62,561 nucleotides of DNA from an uncultured Methanosarcinales archaeon (GTDB lineage: Archaea; Nanobdellota; Nanobdellia; Woesearchaeales; ARS49), in NCBI GenBank assembly GCA_964497645.1, contig CAZCCU010000003.1:1-62561 (forward strand). The letters run 5' to 3'. The notes under the pieces are model-generated. The model worked only from the letters and a program-made list of their open reading frames with translations, searched no databases and had not been told where the DNA came from. The stretch's first letter is position 1, and the number at the start of each line of letters is the position of its first letter. This document shows positions 17,375-27,180 of the stretch, in pieces. The position numbers were made by a program, and so were the translations under genes.

Positions 17375-18527
17375 GTGTGCTGAACCAAGTTACGATTGAT
17401 GATAAAATAATGCTGTACGAAATGAATGCGAATGTCATGTCTACTACTGTGCTCATGCCTTCGATATTATATACTGCCAGTACAAATACGACTGCTGCTG
17501 TTGCTATTCCTTTTGGCGCGTCCAGTGCCATGATTAATATTTCGTTGATTGTGTATTCTTCATGGACTGTGAACCATGCTGCTATGAATCTTATGGCAGT
17601 GTATGCTGCCAGCAGTAGTCCTGAGGTGATGAAAAACTCTGCAGTGTATGGTATTTTGATGATGAGTCCGGTTAGCATGAAGACTAGAATGTAGAGCGCT
17701 TTTGTGAGCACGCTTTCTATGTTGAGCAGTTTGATTTTTTCTTTTACGTAGACATTTCCGAAGAAGAAGCCGAGTGCGGTTACTGCTAATACTCCTGACC
17801 CGCCGAGATTTTCAGCTAATACGTATGATAATAGCGCTGCAATAATGACTGCCAGTGGCGAATAAATTTCGGTATAGGCTTTCTGGATGAGTTTGAACAG
17901 CACTATGCCGACAAAGACTCCTGCTCCTATTCCGATTACAAAGTTGAGGATTAATGGCACAATTTTTTCTATTATTTCAGTTAAGGCGCTTGCTTGTATG
18001 TTTTGCATTAAATCGATTACTATGAATGGTAAGATGACGTTTAATGGCGTGTTGAAAATGCTTTCAAGTTTGAGCAATGTCAGCACTCTTGATTTTCCTT
18101 TTAATTCCAGCATGACTTCTGGTGATGTTCCTGTCATGATTGCCGCAAACAATAAGCTGCTCCAGAATGGTATTTCTAGTATGTATTGTGCTGCTGCTGT
18201 GAAGAGTACGAGCGTGAATATTGTGAAAATAATGGTGAACTTTGCTGCTTTCCAGCTGAAAGTGTCAAGTTCTCGCAGTCTGAGTCTTGCTGTGCTGTCA
18301 AATACTATCATTGCCAATGCCAGAATTGCAACGCTGGAAAGAAATACTGTTGGAAACTGGATGAGCGGCGCGTTCTTGTATTCAATATTTCCAAAAATCA
18401 TGCCTGCGAGAAGCAGCAACAATACATCAGGTATTCTTAGTTTGCTTCCAATCCATGAGCAGATGACGCCTACAAATAATAGTACTGCAATTGCTGTTGT
18501 TATGATTAGCGCGTCTTGCATGCACAC
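17349..18527 (-). CDS. Cation:proton antiporter (Na+/H+ exchanger family)
   Basis: 392 aa, about 11 TM helices, typical CPA-type hydrophobic profile. Confidence 0.65.
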   Translation of the reverse strand: MCMQDALIITTAIAVLLFVGVICSWIGSKLRIPDVLLLLLAGMIFGNIEYKNAPLIQFPTVFLSSVAILALAMIVFDSTARLRLRELDTFSWKAAKFTIIFTIFTLVLFTAAAQYILEIPFWSSLLFAAIMTGTSPEVMLELKGKSRVLTLLKLESIFNTPLNVILPFIVIDLMQNIQASALTEIIEKIVPLILNFVIGIGAGVFVGIVLFKLIQKAYTEIYSPLAVIIAALLSYVLAENLGGSGVLAVTALGFFFGNVYVKEKIKLLNIESVLTKALYILVFMLTGLIIKIPYTAEFFITSGLLLAAYTAIRFIAAWFTVHEEYTINEILIMALDAPKGIATAAVVFVLAVYNIEGMSTVVDMTFAFISYSIILSSIVTWFSTHENHPRRH

Positions 18528-18573
18528 TAATCTGCTCGGAGTGTATTTAAATGTTTATTACTACTCTGCGTCG

Positions 18574-18699
18574 TTACTCGTATCCTTTGCCGTTGAAACT
18601 GTCAAGCTCGCTTTCGTAGAAGCAGCCAGTCCATTTGTCGTCTTGTAGTTGTGGTTCTTCGTGGTCAAGTTCGACTAGTTTCTCAAGTTTCTGTTCCAT
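18574..18699 (-). CDS. Possible 41-aa small ORF
   Basis: Translation MEQKLEKLVELDHEEPQLQDDKWTGCFYESELDSFNGKGYE. GGAGGA lies 6 nt upstream. Overlaps the upstream stop. Confidence 0.25.
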   Translation of the reverse strand: MEQKLEKLVELDHEEPQLQDDKWTGCFYESELDSFNGKGYE

Positions 18700-19147
18700 T
18701 GTCTTCCTCCGTTTTGTCATCTCCAGGCCAAAGCATTCCTCTCAATGTTTGTCTGTTTTTCATTAGATAGCCAAAGACTTGTTTCCAGGCAGCTTCCTCG
18801 GTTTTGTGTGGTGTTTCCAGTACATATCTGTCATGCGAGGCCATGTAATGACAGGGGTCGTCGTATACTCTTGCTTTGCCCCATTCTGGTTTTTCCGTGA
18901 ACAGCAGGCTTGGGATCAGGTTGTTCATCGTCTTGCACATTGTCAGGTATCCCCACCCGTTAATGCTCCCTGATTTTGGTATCAGGTGTTCAATGATTGC
19001 GCCGTGGTATGGCCTTTCTGCTTCAATCATTGCTTCTTCGTAGCTGCCGGCAAATATCAGAATCACTCCATCAGGGCACGCTTTTTGCGCTGCCTGCCGG
19101 TTTCTGGGCTCGTGCTCAACTACAAGTATTTCAAGCGGTTCTTCCAT
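18683..19147 (-). CDS. Hypothetical protein with receiver-like N-terminus lacking canonical Asp residues
   Basis: ILVVEHEP replaces the usual DD pocket, and AIIEHLIPKSG replaces the D-phosphoacceptor region. This is pattern recognition only. Confidence 0.45.
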   Translation of the reverse strand: MEEPLEILVVEHEPRNRQAAQKACPDGVILIFAGSYEEAMIEAERPYHGAIIEHLIPKSGSINGWGYLTMCKTMNNLIPSLLFTEKPEWGKARVYDDPCHYMASHDRYVLETPHKTEEAAWKQVFGYLMKNRQTLRGMLWPGDDKTEEDNGTET

Positions 19148-19150
19148 TTT

Positions 19151-19309
19151 TCACCTGTACTTTCTTGCTTCGTATATCGTTCGAGCTACTCTGTTTGTGT
19201 ATTTTGTCTGCCAGTCCTGAATTGTCCTCAGGCCGTATGGCTGGTTTTGTGCCACATATGTTGGGGTTCTGCCTCTGGTTTGTGCGCGTTGTTCTAGGTT
19301 TTTTGTCAT
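19151..19309 (-). CDS. Possible 52-aa basic small protein
   Basis: Translation MTKNLEQRAQTRGRTPTYVAQNQPYGLRTIQDWQTKYTNRVARTIYEARKYR. GAGGTGA lies 5 nt upstream. The stop is 3 nt before the next ATG. Confidence 0.35.
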   Translation of the reverse strand: MTKNLEQRAQTRGRTPTYVAQNQPYGLRTIQDWQTKYTNRVARTIYEARKYR

Positions 19310-19363
19310 TTGTTTCACCTCGTTTTGTCTGGAGTGCTCCTGGACGAGGCTAATAAATACATT

Positions 19364-19385
19364 TGTTGTAGAACTTTCTACAACA
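19364..19385. promoter_or_regulatory. 22-bp perfect palindrome TGTTGTAGAA-CT-TTCTACAACA abutting the TATA box of a TrmB gene
   Basis: Read directly. TTTATAT at 19392-19398 and ATG at 19422. Confidence 0.5.
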
Positions 19386-19421
19386 GTAAAGTTTATATCT
19401 GAGAGAATTCTTCATTGCGTT

Positions 19422-20144
19422 ATGCCTGACGTTTACTCAGACCTGGAAAAGCTGAACTTCAGCACTAATGAGTCCAAGGTGTACCTTGCTCTCATCAGAA
19501 TTGGCTCTTCTTTTGCAGGCAGGATAGCTAAGGAAGCTAATCTTGACAGAAGCAGTACTTACAACGCCCTGAAACAGCTGATCGAGCGGGGCATTGTATC
19601 GACTGTGTTTGAAAAAAAGCGTACTATCTATGTTCCGGCTGACCCAAAAAAGATTGTTGATTACTATAAGGAAAAAGAGGAAATCGCCAACAGGGTTATT
19701 CCATCTTTGCGCCAGCTCTTCTCAGTGCAGAAAGAGAGAAAAAATGTTCTTCTCTTCCAGGGCTACAAGGGGCTCAAGACGATTTTGCAGGATATGCTTG
19801 ACTCTGGCGACAAAGAGCAATACGTTCTTGGCTCAGAAGGGCAGTTAAGGGAGCGCATGCCGTATTACGCGCCTATTTTTAGCAAGATGAAACAGGAGCG
19901 CGGCATTAAATCAAAAGTGCTCATCCGAGCAGGCAGGACAGACACTTCTAGAGGCAGGACGACTGAATATCGTGAAGTTCCTTCAGATGTTGTTTCGCCA
20001 GCCACTATCAACATCTATGGTGGCAAAGTGGCTATTTTTATCTGGGATGAAAAGCCAGAAGCAGTACTAATAGAAAATGAGAAGGTCAGCCAGACTTTGA
20101 AGAATTATTTTGATTTCATGTGGAAGCATGCGAAGAAGTTTTAA
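19422..20144 (+). CDS. TrmB-family transcriptional regulator
   Basis: wHTH STNESKVYLALIRIGSSFAGRIAKEANLDRSSTYNALKQLIERGIV. Confidence 0.8.
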   Translation: MPDVYSDLEKLNFSTNESKVYLALIRIGSSFAGRIAKEANLDRSSTYNALKQLIERGIVSTVFEKKRTIYVPADPKKIVDYYKEKEEIANRVIPSLRQLFSVQKERKNVLLFQGYKGLKTILQDMLDSGDKEQYVLGSEGQLRERMPYYAPIFSKMKQERGIKSKVLIRAGRTDTSRGRTTEYREVPSDVVSPATINIYGGKVAIFIWDEKPEAVLIENEKVSQTLKNYFDFMWKHAKKF

Positions 20145-20168
20145 AGCGAATGTGAGTTTGATGTTTAA

Positions 20169-21395
20169 ATGATGTTTAAAACAATTTTCAATGAGGTTCA
20201 GAATGAAATCGTTCCTTCGAAAGAGGAGCGTTCTAAATTGCTCAGTCAGGTAAATGTTTTTCTCAAAAGTCTGAACTCTGAGCTGAAGCGCGTGCGCGTG
20301 CAGGCCAAGGCAATGCTTGGCGGCAGTTATTCAAAGGATACGTGGCTCTCGGGCGATTACGACGTTGACATTTTCGTTAAGTTCAATCTTCAGCATAAAG
20401 AGCAAAATCTCAGTGACTTGCTCGAAAAAGCGCTGAAAAAATGGAGTCATGAGAGGATTCATGGCAGTCGCGATTATTTTTGGGTTAGAGAAAGCATAAA
20501 ATATGAAATAGTTCCCGTGCTGGACATTTCAAAAGCCGACCAAGCCGTGAACGTCACTGATTTTTCTCCTTGGCATGTTGCTTGGGTGAATAAGAAGGGT
20601 GCGAAATTCAAGAACGACATTAGATTAGCCAAAAAGTTCTGCAAGGGTTCTTCCTGTTATGGCGCGGAGAGTTATATCAGGGGTTTTTCAGGTCATGTTC
20701 TGGATATTTTAGTGATTTATTACAAAGGTTTCCTGCAGTTATTGAAGGCATCAAATGGCTGGAAGCCTAAAGTTGTATTGGACTATAATAATGTCTACAA
20801 GGGCAAAGCTCTTATGATGCTCAACAAGAGCAAAACAGAAGGTCCGTTAATCTTAGTCGACCCTGTCCAGCCTGGCAGGAATTCTGCTGCTGCGTTGACA
20901 GAGGAAAATTTCAATAAATTTGTTTCAGCAGCAGGGAAATTCTTGAAAAAGCCGTCAAAAGCTGCTTTTGTTGAGAAGCAGGTTGATTTTGATAAATTAA
21001 GGAAGAAAGGTCATTTAATCAAAATCTCAGCGCAAACATTGAATGATAAGGAAGATGTTGCCGGCACGAAATTCGTAAGAGCTTTTGAGCATGTGAGGAA
21101 GTCTCTTGCTGATTTTCAGGTGAAAGATTCTGGCTGGTTGTGGGATAAAAAGTCAAAAGGCGCTTGGTGGTTTGTATTAGGCAAAAAGCAGTTGTCTGCA
21201 GATATGGATTGGGCGGGTCCTCCATTAAAAATAAAAGATGCAGTAATGAATTTCAAGAAGATTTACAGGAAGACTTTCACCAAAAAAGGTCGTTTGTGGG
21301 CTAAAATCAAGCGTCAGGAGCGTACGCCTGAACAAGTATTAAAAAGAGTTCTTAGCGGGCAGTATGTCAAAGAGCGTGTGAGGTCTGTGTCATGA
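20169..21395 (+). CDS. cca: CCA-adding tRNA nucleotidyltransferase (archaeal class I)
   Basis: GGSYSKDTWLSGDYDVDIFVKF nucleotidyltransferase motif. About 408 aa. Confidence 0.75.
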   Translation: MMFKTIFNEVQNEIVPSKEERSKLLSQVNVFLKSLNSELKRVRVQAKAMLGGSYSKDTWLSGDYDVDIFVKFNLQHKEQNLSDLLEKALKKWSHERIHGSRDYFWVRESIKYEIVPVLDISKADQAVNVTDFSPWHVAWVNKKGAKFKNDIRLAKKFCKGSSCYGAESYIRGFSGHVLDILVIYYKGFLQLLKASNGWKPKVVLDYNNVYKGKALMMLNKSKTEGPLILVDPVQPGRNSAAALTEENFNKFVSAAGKFLKKPSKAAFVEKQVDFDKLRKKGHLIKISAQTLNDKEDVAGTKFVRAFEHVRKSLADFQVKDSGWLWDKKSKGAWWFVLGKKQLSADMDWAGPPLKIKDAVMNFKKIYRKTFTKKGRLWAKIKRQERTPEQVLKRVLSGQYVKERVRSVS

Positions 21396-21865
21396 ATTCG
21401 CTTGTTTGGGCTGCATTGTTGAGCATGATGCCTATTGTTGAAATGCAGGGTGGTATTCCTGTTGCGTTGGCTGGTGGTTATTCGCCTTGGGTGGCGTTTA
21501 CTGTGTGTTTGATTGCGAATATTGCTATGTATCCTGTCATTTATTTTTTCCTTGAGGTGATTCATAAGAGGTTGTTGCACGTTAATCATACGTATCAGTC
21601 TTTGTTTGACAAGTTTATGGAGCGGACGAGGCGCAAGACTCAGAAGTTGGTTGCCAAGTATGGGGCTTTTGGTCTGGTGGTGCTCGTCGCGCTTCCAGGG
21701 CCTGGGACTGGCGTGTATACCGCAACTCTTGCCTCTTGGTTTTTCGGGATGAAGCCTGGTAAAGCGTTTTTTGCTATTTGTGTTGGGATGTTTTTTGCTG
21801 CTTTGATTATCTTGGGCGCTAGCTTGGGGATTATGAACGGGTGGAAGTTCTTTGCTGGTTCTTGA
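21392..21865 (+). CDS. Small membrane protein (putative small multidrug-export family)
   Basis: 4 TM helices. PIVEMQGGIPVALAGG near the N-terminus. ATGA overlap with cca. Confidence 0.4.
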   Translation: MNSLVWAALLSMMPIVEMQGGIPVALAGGYSPWVAFTVCLIANIAMYPVIYFFLEVIHKRLLHVNHTYQSLFDKFMERTRRKTQKLVAKYGAFGLVVLVALPGPGTGVYTATLASWFFGMKPGKAFFAICVGMFFAALIILGASLGIMNGWKFFAGS

Positions 21866-21919
21866 AATATAGTTTTCACTACCAATATCATTTTTAATTC
21901 AAGACTGTCCGCATAATAT

Positions 21920-22903
21920 ATGCATGTTTTCGATAAACTGATTCCGTTTTTATCAGAAAGATTGCAGAAGAAGGGTTCTGCTATTCTTATAGGCTCTCAT
22001 GAGCGTATTCCTTTGAGGCAGGAGGCTTTTGCGCGCATAATTCCTCAGGTTGGCCCTTCCATGGTCTTTATTGATGGTGGGAATGGTGAGATTGTCAGGG
22101 GTCCTAATGTGAGTGTTCAATTCATCCGTCTATACGCTACTTGGTATGAGAATAATGTGCGTGTTTCTCGTGAGCTGAGGGAATTTTATGTTGTTGTTCT
22201 TGCTTATCAGAAGGGTCTTGATCTTGGTTTTGAGGCTACAGTGTTTAATAAGGATGGTGATGAGCTTCATAAGTATTCTTTTGATGCTTTTGATCCTGCT
22301 ATGTGTTTTGCCGGCAAGCGTGCTGAGCCTTCTACTGTTGCTAATCATTTGAGAAAGTTGATGGAGTTTCGTTTTGCAGAGGAATTGTGCGGCAATATGA
22401 AGAATGGGATTCTTGTTCGTGACGGTGATTTGGAGGCTCGCGGCGAGCCTATGGAGGACGCCTTGCGTCTTTTGAAAACAAATGCCCAGCGTGGGAATGT
22501 TGTTGTTTTGGGTTTGTCCAAGACTTCTACTTTGTGCACTGACAGCGGCAATAGTGCCATAGCTGTGTTGCATGATATTGCTCCTGCTGGTGCCTGGTAT
22601 TTTTATACCGGCGGAAACGTGGCGTTTGTTAAATTGAATGGTGGTTCTGATTATGTTTTTCGTTGTGATGTATTCCAGCATGACAGGGAATCGCTGCCTA
22701 AAGCGTGGGCTGAATTATCCGCGATTTCCGCAGATCCATCTTTCTTAGGCTACCCGTATGGGTTGATAGATGCTGATAAGTTTGCCCAGGTTACAAAGGA
22801 GGAAACTATGCAATTAAGGGCGCGTTTTGCAGTCCAATCAAAGGAATTGTTCAAGAATATAGAGGCCGCTTTGGACGCTCATGACATACTTAACTCTTTT
22901 TGA
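21920..22903 (+). CDS. Hypothetical protein, possibly NurA-like nuclease
   Basis: VFIDGGNGEI, LVRDGDLEA and VVLGLSKTST resemble NurA acidic motifs. This is weak. Confidence 0.35.
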   Translation: MHVFDKLIPFLSERLQKKGSAILIGSHERIPLRQEAFARIIPQVGPSMVFIDGGNGEIVRGPNVSVQFIRLYATWYENNVRVSRELREFYVVVLAYQKGLDLGFEATVFNKDGDELHKYSFDAFDPAMCFAGKRAEPSTVANHLRKLMEFRFAEELCGNMKNGILVRDGDLEARGEPMEDALRLLKTNAQRGNVVVLGLSKTSTLCTDSGNSAIAVLHDIAPAGAWYFYTGGNVAFVKLNGGSDYVFRCDVFQHDRESLPKAWAELSAISADPSFLGYPYGLIDADKFAQVTKEETMQLRARFAVQSKELFKNIEAALDAHDILNSF

Positions 22904-23036
22904 CCGCGGGGATCTAGAAGGGGTCGGCGGTTGAGGCCCCTTCGGTATAATTGCGAAGCCTATATTCTCTTAGTAGTAATAACATAACTTTATATCTGAT
23001 TTCTTGATTGATTGTCCTAGAAAGGAGGTTTTTACT

Positions 23037-23363
23037 ATGGATGGAAAAACAGGACATTGGGCATTCTTGATTGGTATTGTTTTGGCAATTATTGCTGGTT
23101 TTGTGCCTCAGTTGCAAACCCCGACAGTAACATGGGTGTTAGTGTTGTTGGGTCTGATTGTTGGACTCTTGAACATTACAGCAAAGGAAATACAGGAGTT
23201 CTTGATCGCGGCTGTTGCGCTGGTCATTGCGGCTGATGCTGCTGCTGATATTATTGCGCTTGGATTGACCATGGCAGTAATCTTGGGCAATATTGTGACG
23301 TTTGTCTTCCCTGCAGCAGGACTTGTTGCGTTGAAGGCTATCTGGCAGCTTGCCTCAGAGTAA
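23037..23363 (+). CDS. Hypothetical membrane protein (3 TM)
   Basis: AGGAGG lies 8 nt upstream of the ATG at 23037. Hydrophobic, Ala-rich. Confidence 0.55.
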   Translation: MDGKTGHWAFLIGIVLAIIAGFVPQLQTPTVTWVLVLLGLIVGLLNITAKEIQEFLIAAVALVIAADAAADIIALGLTMAVILGNIVTFVFPAAGLVALKAIWQLASE

Positions 23364-23364
23364 A

Positions 23365-23386
23365 TTTTTTTATTTTATTTTTTCAA
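23365..23386 (+). terminator. Oligo-T terminator candidate
   Basis: TTTTTTTATTTTATTTTTT follows the stop. Confidence 0.4.
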
Positions 23387-23533
23387 TTTAATTACAGAGA
23401 GTGAAGACACAGTGAACTACGATAGAAGACACGTTGAAGCGTTAAAGAAGCGGCACCACGCCCATCACTTTCCTTTTCTGAAGGCTTTTCTTTTGTTGGC
23501 AGCCTTGGTGTTCATTCTTTTGACAGTGTTGCG

Positions 23534-24154
23534 TTAGCGCAGCGGCACAAAGACATAACCTCCTAGCTTCTCATGGAAATAGTCTTTTCCTTTTCTTCTC
23601 ACGCGTATAAGCTCTTGCCCATACTCTGGTCCTACTGGCATTAGCAATACGCCGTTGTCTTTGAGCTGTTTTAACAGAACGTCAGGTATCTTTTCAGCTG
23701 CAGCCGTGACGATTATCCTGTCATATGGCGCTTCTTTGGCATGTCCTTTTTTTCCGTCGGAATGAATCACAGTAACGTTCTTTATTCCGGCTTTTTTCAG
23801 GTTCTTCTTGGCAAATTCAGCCAATTCCTTTATTCTCTCAATACTGTATACTTTTCCGGCAAGTTTGCTTAATAGCGCTGCATTATACCCAGAACCAGCT
23901 CCTATTTCGAGCACTTTCATGCCTTCTTTGACTTCAAGTGCATCTAGCATCAGAACTACCGTGCTTGGCTGTGATATTGTCTGTCCTTCAATGATTGGTA
24001 GGGCGCTGTCTTCGTATGCCGCCTCTTTCCATCTCGGCAGTACGAATTCTTCGCGCGGTATTTGTTTGAATGCAGAAATCACTCTTTTGCTTATCCCCAT
24101 TTTTTCAAATTGCCTGATGAGTCTTTCTTTCATATATTGCAACATATAAACCAT
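23534..24154 (-). CDS. pcm: Protein-L-isoaspartate O-methyltransferase
   Basis: GQTISQPSTVVLMLDAL and VLEIGAGSGYNAALL. The track ORF extends to 24283 and overlaps ppsA. The internal ATGs at 24154, 24145 and 24133 are more plausible. Confidence 0.85.
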   Translation of the reverse strand: MVYMLQYMKERLIRQFEKMGISKRVISAFKQIPREEFVLPRWKEAAYEDSALPIIEGQTISQPSTVVLMLDALEVKEGMKVLEIGAGSGYNAALLSKLAGKVYSIERIKELAEFAKKNLKKAGIKNVTVIHSDGKKGHAKEAPYDRIIVTAAAEKIPDVLLKQLKDNGVLLMPVGPEYGQELIRVRRKGKDYFHEKLGGYVFVPLR

Positions 24155-24203
24155 AATGTTTAAATAGATTCTTGTCAATTTTTGTTGCAAAAGAGGTGTA
24201 TCG

Positions 24204-26624
24204 ATGAAGGAAGATAAATCGAAGTCTTTTATTCTTTGGTTTAACGAGATAGGCATAGAAGACATTCCTTTAGTGGGAGGCAAGAACGCTTCGCTGGGTG
24301 AGATGTATCAGAATCTCACAAAAAAAGGTGTTAAAGTTCCAAATGGCTTCGCAATCACAGCTTATGCCTATCGTTATGTTCTTGAGAAATCAGGTGTAAT
24401 GGACAATCTCAAAAAGTCCTTGCGCGGTTTGAATGTTAAAAACATTAAAGACTTGGCAGACGCTGGAAGAAAGGCAAGAGACATCGTCTTGCACTGTGAG
24501 TTTCCTCCAGAACTTCAGGTTGCTATTGCAGACGCGTACGAAAAATTGTCTAAAGAGTACAAAGGAAGGAACACGGATGTTGCTGTGCGTTCTTCTGCTA
24601 CTGCTGAGGACCTGCCTGAAGCGTCTTTTGCTGGTCAACAGGAGACTTTTCTCAACATCAGGGGCGTTCATGAATTAATGGACGCGTGCAGGCGTTGTTT
24701 TGCTTCATTGTTCACCAATAGGGCTATAGCATATCGTGCTCAGCACAAGTTTGACCATTTCAAAGTCTATTTGAGTATTGGCGTGCAGAAAATGGTTCGT
24801 TCAGACGTGGCTTGTGCTGGTGTCATGTTCACTTTAGATACAGAGACTGGTTTTCCGAATGTTGTTTTCATAACCGGGAGCTATGGTCTTGGTGAGAATG
24901 TCGTGCAGGGCGCGGTTAATCCTGATGAGTTTTATGTTTTCAAGCCGACGATGAAACAAGGTTTCAAGCCTTTGATTGACAAGCGTTTGGGCGAGAAGGC
25001 TACGAAGATTATTTACACAGATGAGGGTACTCATCCAATTAAGAAGGTTGACACTCCTACGGAAGACAGGAAAGAGTTCTGTTTGACTGATGATGAGGTT
25101 CTCACGCTTGCTGAATGGGCGATGGTTGTTGAGGATCATTATAGTCAGAAGAAGGGCAAATGGTGTCCGATGGATTTGGAATGGGCAAAGGATGGAGTGT
25201 CGCATGACCTCTATATCGTTCAGGCGCGTCCTGAGACAGTGCAGTCGCAAAAAAACAGGAATATTATTGAGGAATACAAGATTTTGCAGAAGGGCAAGGT
25301 TCTTACTATGGGAAAGAGTGTTGGTAATAAGATCGCGCAGGGTCCTGCGCATATCATTAGGGATGTGAAGGATATTGCTCAGTTTAGGGCTGGTGAAGTT
25401 CTGGTAACAGAGATGACTGATCCTGATTGGGTTCCTATCATGCGTATTGCTTCTGCTATCGTTACGAACAGAGGTGGAAGAACAAGCCATGCTGCAATAG
25501 TAAGCAGAGAGCTCGGCCTTCCTTGTATTGTTGGCACAAATAACGCTACGCAGGCTGTCAAGAACGGTCAAAAAATCACAGTCAGTTGTGCTGAGGGCGA
25601 GCACGGTCTTGTCTATGAAGGCTATCTGAAATTCAAGGTTGACAAGATTGACGTGCAGAACGCTCCTCAGCCGAGGACTAAGGTTATGATGAACATTGGC
25701 GATCCTGATGAGGCTTTTGAGCTTTCTTTCTTGCCGAATGATGGTGTTGGTCTTGCAAGAGAGGAATTCATCGTCAACGAATACATTAAGGTTCATCCGA
25801 TGGCGTTGATCAAGTTTGATCAGGTGAAGGATGAAGCAACCCGAAAGCAGATTGAGGAATTGACAGCAGGATACAAAGATAAGAAACAGTTTTTTGTTGA
25901 CAAGCTTGCTATGGGCGTTGCGATGATTGCTGCAGCGTTCCATCCTAGAGATGTTATTCTGCGTTTCAGCGATTTTAAAACAAACGAGTACGTCAATTTA
26001 ATCGGAGGTAAATACTTTGAGCCTAAGGAGGAAAACCCGATGATTGGCTGGCGTGGCGCTTCGCGTTATTACAAGCCTGGCTATAAGGAAGGTTTTGCGT
26101 TGGAGTGCAAGGCCATAAAGAAAGTTAGAGAGGAATTCGGGTTGACAAATTTGAAAGTGATGATTCCTGTTTGTCGAACGCCTGAGGAAGGCAGAAAAGT
26201 TATTGCTGTCATGAAAGAAAACGGCTTGCAGCAGGGCAAGAATGGTCTTGAGGTTTATGTCATGTGTGAAATCCCGAGCAACGTTATTCTTGCTGATGAA
26301 TTTTGTGATATTTTTGACGGATTCAGCATTGGTAGCAATGATTTGACTCAGATGACTCTGGGTGTTGATAGGGACAGCGAATTGGTCGCTGACATTTATG
26401 ATGAAAGGAATGAGGCTGTTAAGCGCATGGTCACTCATGTCATTAGCATTGCTAAGGAGCGCAAGAAAAAGATTGGCATTTGCGGCGACGCTCCTTCCAC
26501 TTATCCTGAGTTCGCTGAGTTCTTGGTTGATTGTGGTATTGACAGCATCAGCTTGAGTCCTGACGCTATTGTCAAGACGCGGGTTGTGATCGCTAATCAC
26601 GAGAAGCGTCGCAAATCAAAATGA
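24204..26624 (+). CDS. ppsA: Phosphoenolpyruvate synthase (pyruvate, water dikinase)
   Basis: VAVRSSATAEDLPEASFAGQQETFL, the phosphohistidine region GGRTSHAAIVSRELGLPCIVG and the PEP-utilizer C-terminus. Confidence 0.93.
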   Translation: MKEDKSKSFILWFNEIGIEDIPLVGGKNASLGEMYQNLTKKGVKVPNGFAITAYAYRYVLEKSGVMDNLKKSLRGLNVKNIKDLADAGRKARDIVLHCEFPPELQVAIADAYEKLSKEYKGRNTDVAVRSSATAEDLPEASFAGQQETFLNIRGVHELMDACRRCFASLFTNRAIAYRAQHKFDHFKVYLSIGVQKMVRSDVACAGVMFTLDTETGFPNVVFITGSYGLGENVVQGAVNPDEFYVFKPTMKQGFKPLIDKRLGEKATKIIYTDEGTHPIKKVDTPTEDRKEFCLTDDEVLTLAEWAMVVEDHYSQKKGKWCPMDLEWAKDGVSHDLYIVQARPETVQSQKNRNIIEEYKILQKGKVLTMGKSVGNKIAQGPAHIIRDVKDIAQFRAGEVLVTEMTDPDWVPIMRIASAIVTNRGGRTSHAAIVSRELGLPCIVGTNNATQAVKNGQKITVSCAEGEHGLVYEGYLKFKVDKIDVQNAPQPRTKVMMNIGDPDEAFELSFLPNDGVGLAREEFIVNEYIKVHPMALIKFDQVKDEATRKQIEELTAGYKDKKQFFVDKLAMGVAMIAAAFHPRDVILRFSDFKTNEYVNLIGGKYFEPKEENPMIGWRGASRYYKPGYKEGFALECKAIKKVREEFGLTNLKVMIPVCRTPEEGRKVIAVMKENGLQQGKNGLEVYVMCEIPSNVILADEFCDIFDGFSIGSNDLTQMTLGVDRDSELVADIYDERNEAVKRMVTHVISIAKERKKKIGICGDAPSTYPEFAEFLVDCGIDSISLSPDAIVKTRVVIANHEKRRKSK

Positions 26625-26634
26625 CGGCAAGTAA

Positions 26635-27084
26635 ATGAAAGAGCTCGATAAATTGTTCCAGGAAGAGGAGAAGATAGAGCAGGCCGTGCGTGAGATTTCT
26701 CAGGGTTTGCTGGACTTGAGTGATTATGCTCTTGCCAAGAGTGTAATAGACCTTGCCGAATCCGAGATTGTTGGCAAAAGAATACGCAATGCGTGTGATA
26801 AGATAAATGAGGAAGTTCATCTTGCGCGGAAAAAACTCGGCGCTTTATTGACGAATTCTACTAAAGTTAAGTTCAAGAAGGCTGAAAAGCCTTTGCATGA
26901 GATGGAGAATGAGCTTTCTTTGATTCACGGTGATGTGGAAGCTATCGGCCAGATCGCAGAGAAATTTCACGAGGCAGAAAGCAGAAAGGCGGCGTTTGAA
27001 AACTTGAACACGCATTATTCTGAACTCATCCAGCACGTGACTTCTCTCATGATCGAAGAGTCAAATCTCAAACAACTTCTTTAG
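26635..27084 (+). CDS. Hypothetical helical protein
   Basis: 149 aa, heptad-rich, no motifs. Confidence 0.45.
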   Translation: MKELDKLFQEEEKIEQAVREISQGLLDLSDYALAKSVIDLAESEIVGKRIRNACDKINEEVHLARKKLGALLTNSTKVKFKKAEKPLHEMENELSLIHGDVEAIGQIAEKFHEAESRKAAFENLNTHYSELIQHVTSLMIEESNLKQLL

Positions 27085-27180
27085 ACTTGGTTGTAGTAAC
27101 AAACATTTATAAGCCAAAAAGGTGATTTATTTTCTATATGTCGGAAATACTTTGCGCGGAAGCAATCGGTGATTCTTAAT

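Noticed and set aside
17887-18648. 253-aa ORF antisense to the antiporter
   Set aside because: It overlaps a coherent 11-TM transporter ORF and has no start context.
22916-22944. GC-rich hairpin GAAGGGG...CCCCTTC after the 21920-22903 gene as an intrinsic terminator
   Set aside because: Archaeal termination relies mainly on oligo-T tracts, and no T-run follows. The significance is unclear.
23411-23536. Possible ~41-aa GTG-initiated tail-anchored peptide (VNYDRRHVEALKKRHH...LVFILLTVLR)
   Set aside because: It is short, has a non-ATG start and no SD or TATA support. I cannot distinguish it from chance.
24834-25943. 369-aa ORF antisense to ppsA (and 25998-26600 minus)
   Set aside because: It lies entirely within the strongly supported PEP synthase gene and its translation is low-complexity.
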